Source: Cyanophora paradoxa CCMP329 (taxonomy: Eukaryota > Plantae > Glaucophyta). From it: a stretch of DNA of 56,247 nucleotides. The translations under genes were made by a program, and so were the position numbers. The notes beneath the pieces are model-generated. The model was given only the letters and a program-made list of their open reading frames with translations. It searched no databases and was not told the origin of the DNA. Numbering within the stretch: position 1 is the stretch's first letter; each line of letters starts with the position of its first letter. The stretch covers positions 1-56,247 of the forward strand of contig QPMI01000301.1 of the NCBI GenBank assembly GCA_004431415.1. The letters are read 5' to 3'. This document shows, in pieces, positions 39,201 through 49,054 of the stretch.

Positions 39201-40065
39201 CGAGGGGCGCGCCCTGCGCGAGGCGCGCCTCCGCCACGCGCGCGCCCGCCTCGCCGCCGTGCGCCGCCCCGCCCGCCCGCCCGGCCCGCCTCGCCCGTCC
39301 CCCGAGCCGGCGGGGCAGGCGGAGCGGCTCGAGGAGGCGCTGCGGGGCGGGCGGCGCTGCTGCGCGGGGCGGCGGGAGGGGGCAGGGGCCGGGGAGGAGG
39401 CGGCGGGGCGGTGCGGGGGTGGCAGCGGAGTGGGAGGGGGAGCTGCTGTGCCTTCTCGAGGCCTTCCTCCGTGTTGACTACGCCCCCGTCCTCGCCGCCC
39501 TCCTCCGCAAGGAGCCGGCTCCCGCCCGGCCCTCGCCTGGCAGGAGGCCCGCCCCGCCCCCGCCCGCCCGGCCCCGCCGCCCCTGCGAGCTCCGTGGGCA
39601 GGAGCTGGGCCGCCGGAAGGGCGAGTGGGAGGAGCGTGCGGGGGCGCTGGAGCGGGCGCGGGCGGTGCGCGCGGAGCCGTGGCGGGCGCTCGCGGCCCGC
39701 GACTTCGTCAAACCCCTCCGCTTCCTCGCCACACACGCCCACCGCTCCGCCGCCGGTCCGCCCTGCCCGCGCCGCCCTGCCGGAGACGCGCGGGTCACGG
39801 GGGCGCGGGCGCAGAGGCGCGGCACAACGGGGGCCCCGTGCGGGGCGCGGAGAAGGGATGCATCGTGGAGTACCACCGGGGGCGGGCGGCGCAGGCGGAG
39901 CAGCTGGCGCGGGAGCTGGAGCGGGAGGCGGAGCAGGCCGAGGCGGGCCAGGGTGGCGTGCTCGAGAGGTGGGGCCCCGGGGGGGAGAGCCCCGCCCTTG
40001 CCGAGGCGCGCGCCCTCGTCGCCCCCCAGATCGAGCTCCTCCGCGCCCCCCGCTGCGCCTTCTGA
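36253..40065 (+). CDS. Hypothetical multi-exon protein
   Basis: Exon-like blocks (WYEACERDWLAAHDGFRAFL, FEMRLADHRWGLTACDYSL, EWEGELLCLLEAFLRVDY, GCIVEYHRG...RCAF*) are separated by typical GY...CAG introns. Family not recognised; this could be two genes. Confidence 0.5.
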
Positions 40066-40415
40066 TCTCACCAGCGCCTGGCATCAGTGGCATGTGGGCT
40101 CTGACGTTTACAGTAATATTAATCAAACTCACCACATTTAACATTAATAGTAATTTGCGCAAACCTCTGCGCCGTCTGCGGTACTGCACGCTGAGCTCGA
40201 AAGTTCGATCTGGAGCATATAAGACGAAGATTCATCTTTTGAACAGCCAGTCCGCTTGGAGAAAGGGCATCGTCGACGATCGCGCGGCGGACCGCGGCCG
40301 GTCCGCCGGCGGTCACGTGTGCTCGAAAGTGTGCCACGTGCACGTGCACGCACTGCACGCACGGCCCACGGTCACGGCGCCCGGCGGTGCCACGGTGCAT
40401 GTGCCATCTGTACAT

Positions 40416-40969
40416 CAGTGATGGTAATATTAAATCTTGGCAAATCGTGACCGCTAGCGCTATTGATAATCTTTAGCACCATTATTTTATATTATTATTA
40501 TGGCACCGTATGTTATCGATAACCACCCCCACAAGCGCCATAGAAACCCCGCTCGGGCAGAGCAGAAACGTCGCCAAACTGTTCAGAACGCTCTCTTATC
40601 CACTATTCCAAAGCAATTAAACGCTGCTGACCAGCTCATAGAAGTCTACAGGCAGAAAGACGAGGGGTAGTCACTGAGTCATCCGGCATCCGTCGCATCA
40701 GAGCCTGCAGGCTTTTCAAGTTTCCCTGGTGTCTGACATCATTCTTAAACGTTCTGCTGTCATTCTTGATCGTTTCTGCGCGTTGTTGCGCGAGGAAAAT
40801 GGGACTTTTGCACCGTACCCCCATTAATTAGCGGTGCTATCGATAACCCCTGGATCCGGACTAGTACTAGTACTCGAGCTCCGGCCGCGGGAATTTAAAA
40901 TTGGCACCACTATCAATAATCAAAATACCTGGGTTCAAATAATATGGTTGCTAAAATATGTTATCACTG
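40416..40969. mobile_element. Non-autonomous hAT-like element A
   Basis: Termini CAGTGAT...ATCACTG. 8-bp flanks ctgtacat (40408-40415) and gtgtacat (40970-40977) match 7/8. Subterminal TATCGATAA-like repeats occur near both ends. Confidence 0.5.
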
Positions 40970-41309
40970 GTGTACATGTACATGTGTTCTTTTCTTACAT
41001 ATATATGTGTTCGTCGATCTGCAATGAACATACTGTAAAGTTAGTGTAAACGTAAGAACGTTAACTTCGGAATCTTCGCGATCGACATATGCATGTACAT
41101 GTACAGCGTCTTTATTTCGTCTATATTCGTCAGACCCTATAGCTAGCTCCCTTTGACGAATATTTCATGCTCTTGGACTGAAATTTTGTATGGAGAGGGG
41201 TACTTACCGTAGTACGGCTAACCTTATATGGCTATTAATTTGGGACCGCATTAATATTACTTATAAGTGCGCGCATAACTTAAAACAAAAAAGTGTTACA
41301 CCAACTTAC

Positions 41310-42167
41310 TAGGGTTATGGCCGGGGGAGTCAACCATTGGCCAGCGGCCCAGCCCGAGCCGCCAAAGCTCGGCCGCTGGCTCGGAGCTGGCCGCCAGCCT
41401 CCAGCCAGAACTTGACCGGCCAGCTGCAGCTGGCGGCCAGCCTCTTGCTAGGAGTCTGGGGCTTGGTCGGCCAGGCTGGCCAGCCAGCCGGCCAGCCGTA
41501 GAGCCCGCCCTCTAGATCTTTAATGAAAGCCTTGACGTAAACCCGATCTTATATCTGTTTAATGAAATCTGTTAATACCAAGTGCTGTAGAAATTAGCAA
41601 GCCTCCCCACCTCTAGCCTCGAGCCTGCGCCCCAGCAAGCCCCACCGGCCGGCTGGCCGCCTCATAATTATAAAGCTGAAAAGGGCTGGCCCGGCTGGCC
41701 GAGAAATCGGCGGGCTGGCCGGGCCTGGCCCGGGGCCCGGGGGTCAAAGCCTTATGCCAGCCGGCCAGCTGCCAGGCTGGTCAACCAGACCGGGTACCAG
41801 CGGCGGCCATACTGTAAGTCGGGAAATATTTAGTATACTGGATCTTTATAGTACCAAAGTTTTCAGGCCCCATGGGCCACTACTAAAGATTTATCGTATA
41901 CTAAACCTGAGGTGCTGGGGGGTACGTGATGCAGCCTTAGTTGCAGCGCGGGAGAAGCTAGCTGTAGTGCGAGGGGGCTCTCGGACGCTCCAACAGATCT
42001 AGATCTAGACCCCGTAGCGCGCGCCGCGCACACCCCCTTCTAAAGGCCGCTACTAAAGCGCTCCGCGCGGCCGACTCTTAATTATTTTCAGCCTACTAAA
42101 CCGACCAAACCCCGGGATTACTAATTATTTTGGGGTCTTAAATATTACCCGAATTACAGTATCCCTA
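41310..42167. mobile_element. Non-autonomous hAT-like element B, interrupted in its right TIR by a MITE
   Basis: Left TIR TAGGGTTATGGCCG. After removing the MITE the right end reads CGGCCATATCCCTA (13/14 match). Left flank caacttac (41302-41309) recurs at 42176-42183. GGCCAGCC/GGCTGGCC subterminal repeats are present. Confidence 0.6.
41812..42159. mobile_element. TA-targeting MITE (Tc1/mariner-pogo-like termini)
   Basis: 21-bp TIR CTGTAAGTCGGGAAATATTTA versus the reverse complement of the right end CTGTAATTCGGGTAATATTTA (19/21). TA lies on both sides (41810-41811, 42160-42161). Confidence 0.75.
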
Positions 42168-42206
42168 CAAGGCTACAACTTACACGGTAGGCCGGGCCCG
42201 CCGGGG

Positions 42207-42906
42207 TAGAGCTTCGGCTCGAGCCGACCTTTTTCCCGGCTCGAGCTCGAGCCGGCTCGTGGCGAGGGTCGGCTGGCTCGAACCGAGCCGGCTCGTTGCG
42301 AGGGGAGGGCTGGCCATGGCTCGAGCCGGGGGGGGGGCGAGCTAGGTCGAGCCGGCCAGCCAGGGCTCGAGCGGGGGGGGGGGGGGACGAGGGAGGCCTT
42401 CCTCTTCCTCTGGCCCGATGAAGGGCATGCTGCGGCGGCAACGGCTAGCTAGCTATAGCGTATCCCCAACGGTGCTCTCCCCCGGTCATGCAAACCCAGT
42501 TCCTGGGATTTGAACCCTTGCTGTTAGGGTGGAAAACGTCTAATTTCCAGTTTCCCCACCATACGTTTTTTCCCCGGGCGCCGGACTGTTACGTATACGG
42601 AAGGGCGGCCTCGGACGTAAACTTCTCATTTCTTTTCTAGCGCGCGTGTCGCGGGCCTGATTCGTAAACACTGGCTAACCTGCCTCTATTCTGTGATATT
42701 ATGTGCTTTCTGCATGTATTCGCATGAGCTAGAGGTCAAGTTCTCTCCGCGCGCCTGAGTCTGGGACCAGGTACCCCCCCCCCCCCCGGGCCCCTTAGGC
42801 CGGCTCGAACCGGGCTCGAGCTGGCTCGAGGCTGGAGCGGGCCGGCTCGAGCTGGCTCGAGCCGAGGGTTTTTAGCTCGAGCCGCAGGCCCGCATGCGCA
42901 GCTCTA
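42207..42906. mobile_element. Non-autonomous hAT-like element C
   Basis: Termini TAGAGCT...AGCTCTA. Perfect 8-bp target-site duplication cgccgggg (42199-42206, 42907-42914). Dense GGCTCGAGCC subterminal repeats at both ends. Confidence 0.8.
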
Positions 42907-43040
42907 CGCCGGGGCCGCCGGGCTCCGAACTTCCGAGTTCGGAAGCACGTTACCTTATAATTACTTTATACGTACTACGGTATACGTATACGCGCATGAA
43001 AATGACGACGCGTACTGTTGAATGCAAAATAGTCATAATA

Positions 43041-43329
43041 GGGATTTTTTATTACTAAAGTTGCGAGGTCGCTCTAATAAAGATTTTAGAGTAATATTAA
43101 TAAAGCAGTGCTGCGGAGGGGGGGTAGACCCTTTAACTTGGCGGCGACGCCGCAAGGAGCACATCGCGAGAGAAGCATGCATATGCCGCAGAGAGCTGTG
43201 AGCATAGTGCGCGGCCCGCGGAGGAGGGTCGAGGGGGAGGGGCACCCCCTAATAAAGGCCGCTAATAAAGATCCCAGCGCCAAGTCATAAATATTTACTT
43301 GGTAACTTAGTAATAAAGCTGCCAAACCC
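43041..43329. mobile_element. Possible degraded MITE
   Basis: Imperfect inverted repeat tttattactaaagttgc (43048-43064) / gtaacttagtaataaa (43302-43317). Five TAATAAAG copies are present. No clear TSD. Confidence 0.3.
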
Positions 43330-44092
43330 ACGGTTTAGAACTTGAAGCCTTAAACTTGCGGAATTAAAGCTTTGAATTCGAAGGGCGCCGGGACCGCCGG
43401 GCCGCGCGCGGGCCCGCGGCCCGCGGGCCGCGGGCCGCGGCCAGCGGCCGCCGGGCCGCGGACCGCGGTACTACCGCTTAGTACCGTAGTACCGTAGTAC
43501 CGTAGAAGTTAAACGGTAGAACACATAAATATTAATACCGCGCCCACTTAATTACCGCGGTACCAAATTACCGCGCCGCAGGAGCAGGTCGACTCGCCGC
43601 AGGAGCAGCTTTCAAGTTTACTCGCCGCAGTAACTACGTATCATATATAGTACGTATACGGTAGCGTGCGCGCGTGCGCCCGGCGGCCGCGGTACCGGTA
43701 GCAGCTGCAGGCTGCAGCCTGCAGCACTAGTACTGCAGCAGCGCCGTCGACCTCGCGTCGGCTGTTCTTCAAGGCTTGCACTGCAGCTGCGGCAACTTCC
43801 GAAGTTCCGCCGGCAAGTAACCTCGCCAACTTGGCAAGTTGTCGCAGTGCGCGCACGCGAATCGACTCGGCGAAGGCGCTCTTCACGACAGCAGGCTCTG
43901 TGGCAGCAGCGAAAGGCACTGTCCATCTAAACAAATTTAGGGATCAGTGCAGTGCAGCCCAGCCCGCTCTCGCACGGCGGCGCGGATTCCGCGTGATATC
44001 GATAAGATTTCAACGTGCGCAACGGGCCGGGAATTGCCAGTGCAGCACGTCCGGCAGCAGCCGCAACTCTCTGGCCAGTTTAGAGCGTCGCC

Positions 44093-47000
44093 ATGGGCCC
44101 GGTGCGGATCGAGTACTCGGAGGTGCAGGGGGCCGATGGCGACCGCGAGGACGCGTATGCCGTCGGCCGCAGTTGCAATTGGCCTGCCCCCGCCGCCCCC
44201 GCCGAGCTCGATCCCGGCGCGGCGGCCCCGCAGAAGACATCGCTGAGCGCGGGGTGGAGCCCCGGGGGAGCCGGCAGCTCTTCGCCGGGCACGGGGACGC
44301 TGGTGTCGCCCGGGGCGCACGGGAGCTGGACGGGGAGCGACCCGCTCCTCACCAGCTCGACGGGGCCCTCCACGGAACTCGAGCTGCGCGCCCGCCTCGC
44401 CGCCGTCGCCGCCGCCGCCGACGCCGACCGCGACGCCAAGCCCGAGGCGGCCGCCGAGGCGGCCTCCGCCGGCGCCCCGGCCGTGGCCCCCGCCCCGCCG
44501 GCCATCATCGACATCACCGGCCCGCCGGCCGCGGCGGCGGCGACGCCGGCGGGCGGGAGGAGGCCGTGCAGGGCTCCTTCGGGGCCATCGTCGGCGGCCT
44601 CGTGATCACGAACAACAGGTGCCGGCCTGGCGCAGGCTCCGCACGGCGGGGGCCCGAGGCGGGGCGCAGGTGGACGCTGCGCTTCGTGGTGAAGGACGCC
44701 CCCGGCCTCGACCTCGAGCGGCGCGCCCCCCGCCCCGCCCCGAGCCCCCGCCCGCCCCGCCCCTCGCTGAGGCGCCGCCGGGCCGGCCGCGGCGGGCATG
44801 CGCAGGCACTACGCGCGGTGCAACGCGGCGCGGCACGTGGTGCTCTCGCGCGTGCTCGCCGGCGTCGCCATCCTCAACTGCCTCGCCTCCGCCCTCGGCG
44901 GCTCCTCCAAGCCGGCCGCCACCTTTCACTTCGCCCAGGCGCGCCCGCCGCCTCGAGCTCGGTCGCGGGCGGGGCGGGGGGCGGGCCGGAGCTGAGGCGG
45001 GGCCGGCAGCTGCTGGCGGTGCCCTTCCTGGCCGCCTTCTTCGGGTTCACCTTCTGGCGCCGCGCCTTCCACCGCCTTTTCGAGCCGGCCATGTGCGCCT
45101 CCATCGCAATCTTCTCCTTCTCGCAAGTCCGCCCCCGCCCGCCCCCGCCGCCCCCCCCCCCCCCCCCCCCCCCCCCTTTTCCTCGCGGCCCCGGCCCCGG
45201 CCCCCGGCCCCCGGCCGCCCCGCCCCGACCGACGCCATGCGCCAGCGCACCCTCTGGCCGATCCTGATCGGGCACAACGGGCCAAACGTGCGGCGCCGCG
45301 TCCGCTGGGGGCCCCGCGGCGGCTGACAGCGCGGGGCCGCGCGGCAGGTCCTCTTCGTCACCACTTGCCTCCTCGTCTGGGTGCCCGCCCCGCCGCCCCC
45401 TGCGCCCCGCCCCGCCGGCCCGCCACAAGCGGTGCCGCCAGATTGCGTGCTCGTGCGCCGGGCTGAGATTCCACGTCTCCGCTGCGATGACCCTCTACCT
45501 CTGCCTCGAGGTGCCCCCCGCCCCGCCCCGCTCCGCCGGCCCCGGCTTTGCGCGGCGGCGGGGCGACGGCGGGGCGGGGCCAGTTCGTGGTGCCGCCGCC
45601 GCTGTTCATCGCGACGCGGGGGGAGGTGGCGGTGGTGGACTGGTCGTGGCGGTGCCTGCTGGGGCTCGCGATGAGCGCCGCCGTCTCCCTCAAGTCCGCC
45701 TACCTCGCCGACGACTACGAGCGCGCCCTCTTCGCCCACGAGCTCCGCGCCGTCGCCCCCGCCGCCGCCGAGGCAGGGGCCGACGCCGACGCCGCCGCCC
45801 CCGCCGAGGAGGGGCCCCTGCGCGAGGCCGTCCGCGCCCTGCTCGCCGCGGGGGCCACCTTCTCGGCGCCCCGCCCGCCCCCGGAGGAGGAGGAGCTCCG
45901 CGGCGCCGAGAGCCTCTTCGGGCTGGGGCGGGGCGGCCCCGCGCGGGGCGGGCCGCGCGCCATCCACCCGCTCGCCAACGCCGAGGCGGAGGCCTCCTCC
46001 CCGCGCGGCCGCCTCGCCGCCTTCGTCTTCGGGCGGCGCCTCGAGCCGGCCTCCCTCCACCGCCGCTACTGGCGCCTCTACGCCAAGGAGGCCTGGGAAC
46101 GGTGCCCCGCCCCTGCCCCCCCCTGCGCACGCCCCTCCGCCCCCGCGCGGGGAAGCGAGCGGGGCGGGTTGGGGCGGTGCAGGGCGCGGGGGCTGTGCCT
46201 GCTGCTGACGGGGGGCTACCTGGTCTCCGTGGTGCTCACGGGCCTCGCCAACGTCATCGACGTCGACGCCCGCTTCGCCCGCGTCACGTCCGCCCCGGGG
46301 CCCCCGCCCCGCCCCCGCGCCCCCGCCCGAGCGCCCTGACCCCGGCGTGCGCCCTGGGGGCAGCGTGTTGGGCGCCAGCGAGCACATCCTTAATAACAAG
46401 GTCCGCCGCCGCTCTAATAACAAGGTTCGCCGCCGCCGCTTAATAACACATCCAGATTTGGCTCTACTGGATCTTCGAGGTCCGCCGCCCCCCCCGAGCG
46501 CGGGGCGGGGTGCTAAGGCGGGCGCGCTGCGCGTGGGCAGCTGGGCGTCGCCGGGGGCATCTTCGTGCTGGGCTGCGCGGTGCTGTACGTGCGGCCGCGG
46601 GCGCTGGTGGCGCACGGCACGCGCCTGGTGGCCTTCGCGCTGCTCGTCGCCCAGCTCGCGTGCCTCACCACCCTCCGCACCTACAACAACGACTTCGCCA
46701 CCCCCGACTACCTCAACGACGTCCGCCCCCGCCCCCCCTCCCCCCGTGCTTCGTGGGGCCGGGTGGAGCGGGGGGCGCAGTTCTGGCCGAAGCTCTCGAT
46801 GCTGTCGAACCTGTACTTCCTGGCGGGGGCCTTCCGCATCCCGCCCCGCACCTTCCTCCTCTTCAACACCATCTCGCTCCTCTACGCCGCCGAGGTCTTC
46901 TACAACCCCCACGGCATGCGGTCCGCCCGCGCCCCCGCGCGAGGGGCGTGCGGGCCGGGGTGGCGAGCGGGGCGGGGCGCGGCGCGGCGCAGGCTGCTGC

Positions 47001-47161
47001 TGCACTACGTGAGCTTCGTGGTGGCGCCGTTCGTGGCGGCCGCGTGCGTCACGGGCCTCGTCGAGCGCCGCGCCCGCCGCCGCTTCCTCCTCGAGCACGC
47101 CACCGGCGAGCCCCTTCCCAAGCTCAAGCCCACCGACGGCGCCGCCGTCGCCCCCGCCTGA
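44093..47161 (+). CDS. Hypothetical polytopic membrane protein (multi-exon)
   Basis: Low-complexity N-terminus followed by many hydrophobic exons (VVLSRVLAGVAILNCLASA, LLAVPFLAAFFGFTFW, LCLLLTGGYLVSVVLTGLA, IWLYWIFE, LLHYVSFVVAPFVAAACVTGLV). TGA at 47159-47161. Confidence 0.6.
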
Positions 47162-48380
47162 GCCCCGGTGATCATCAGCCTGCCCCCCACCCATGGCCAT
47201 CACAAGCGCCCCCTTAACTTGTCATGAATTTTCTCCGTTCTGCTCCGCAGCTGCCGGGTTTGAAGCGAGCTCGAGGCAAGACAAGGCCCCATCATCAGGG
47301 GCCGAGTGCGCGCCCCGGAAAATATTTTGTGTAGATCTAGATCTAGAAGGGCTCATGCGGGTCCTGTTCAGCGTCACGGTACCGGTGTGTCCTTCGGTTT
47401 GATAGTCTGGATAATCCAGCCTTGGAATCGAAGCTTAGTAAGTTCCATTAAGTTTAGTTCTTTTAGCTGTACATGTACCATGGCCATTTGCAACGTAGGC
47501 CATAACAATTTAGAGAACTAGCCATCATGGCATGCATATGTATTGATCATGATGGCCATGTTAGTGCTATTAGTGCTAGTATTTGTGGTATTTTCAGATT
47601 CCGAAGTTCGCCACTCACGATTAATTGAGTGACAGGTTCATTCTTTCGTTTCGCTTTTTAATTTGCAGCTGCAAGCATTTGATCACAAGAATCCCGGAGT
47701 CCGCTTCAATTTGTCGACGTCGATTGATTTCTTGCGCGATGAATAGCCATCATGATCGTCAGGCATATGTACATGTATAGAGCGCACTGCGCATTTGTAT
47801 TTGCATGTGACATTTGTCGCGCAACGTTCACGTTAGAAGAGTTTTTCTTATAACTATATATAGCTACGTACTCAGTACTAGTGACTAGCTATATGCTACG
47901 GTATATAAACAGCTTAACTAAAAGCTTCGAATTCATCTTTCCATTTCATCTCACATATTCAGCATTTATATGCGCATTTGCATGCGCATATGCGCATTTA
48001 TATTCAGCGGTAGGTGTCTTATATATAAGCTCGCTAAGTACGTATACATGTGATCCACTGGGCCAATTTGCAATCTAGATCCGATGATCTGTGCAAGAAC
48101 CGTTGAACTTCGGAATCATTGACTGAATTGTCAATTGCAAGTCACACTGAGTTGGGGAATGCCCTCATGATCACGATCACTGAGTCATGATCATGATCCG
48201 ATGATCAGCTGCAGCCTGGCAGGGCCTTCCCCTCAAGCCTTTTTGAAGTTCAACGGTTGCCCCATTTCCGAAGAATAGCTCCGGTTTAGAGGGGTTTTGG
48301 GGTTCGGCCGCCAGACCGGGAGCCCCGCGTGGAATATATATGCGCGCGCACCCACGTGCACTGGGCCCGGCGCGGGGCCA

Positions 48381-48449
48381 GCCTGCAGCTAGCTATACTA
48401 GTATAGCTGACAGACCTCACTGAGCCTGCAGCTAGCTGACAGACCTCAC
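48381..48449. repeat. Tandem duplication, one copy carrying extra palindromic sequence
   Basis: gcctgcagctagct[atactagtatagct]gacagacctcac versus gcctgcagctagctgacagacctcac. Confidence 0.9.
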
Positions 48450-49054
48450 CTCATTGCCAAGTTGATCATTTTCATGATCATTGCCCGTGATCGACTTAGC
48501 TAGTGAACCATCGGCAAGGTTACTTCAAGGGCTTGAAATGCCTCCGGATCCACTTCTGAGGCCTAGGCTTGCTTGCTCAAGCGTCGCACTGCGGCACGGT
48601 GTGCCAGCCGCGCGCGGTGTCACATGCCATGATGCATATGTATACGTACAGTGTGTTCGACGGTCCCGATGGCTTCAACCAATCGATATCGATCGACCCG
48701 GCCTTCGTGCGCGGGCCCCGCCGAGCTCAGCGGCTCGAGGGGGCCATGGCCGGCGCCAGGCCTCTGACTCAGTGAGGCGCGATCCGGTGAGCTCGAGCTC
48801 ACGCCCCTCCCCCCCCTCCCCCCCCTCCCCCCCCCCCCCCCCCCCCCCTCCCGCCGCCGGGCTCGTCGGATCGGACTCGAGCTCTGTAGCAAGATCCGGA
48901 GGCGCGTTTCGTCTTCCGCCTCGCTCGCCGCCCCCGCCCCGCATGCAGGTGCGCAGGATTCCCCAAGTTCGATCCGATCGCTCCCGCGCACGAGCAAGCG
49001 GGGCGGTGGGCGCGGCGCCGTGGCCGCAGGCGGGCTCCGTGGGGGCGGGGAAGG

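Noticed and set aside
41236-43570. 13/14 inverted match taatttgggaccgc / gcggtaccaaatta as the ends of an outer element
   Set aside because: Too short, with no TSD or extendable TIR.
48284-48304. Telomere-like ggggttttggggtt
   Set aside because: Fewer than two full units; compatible with chance.
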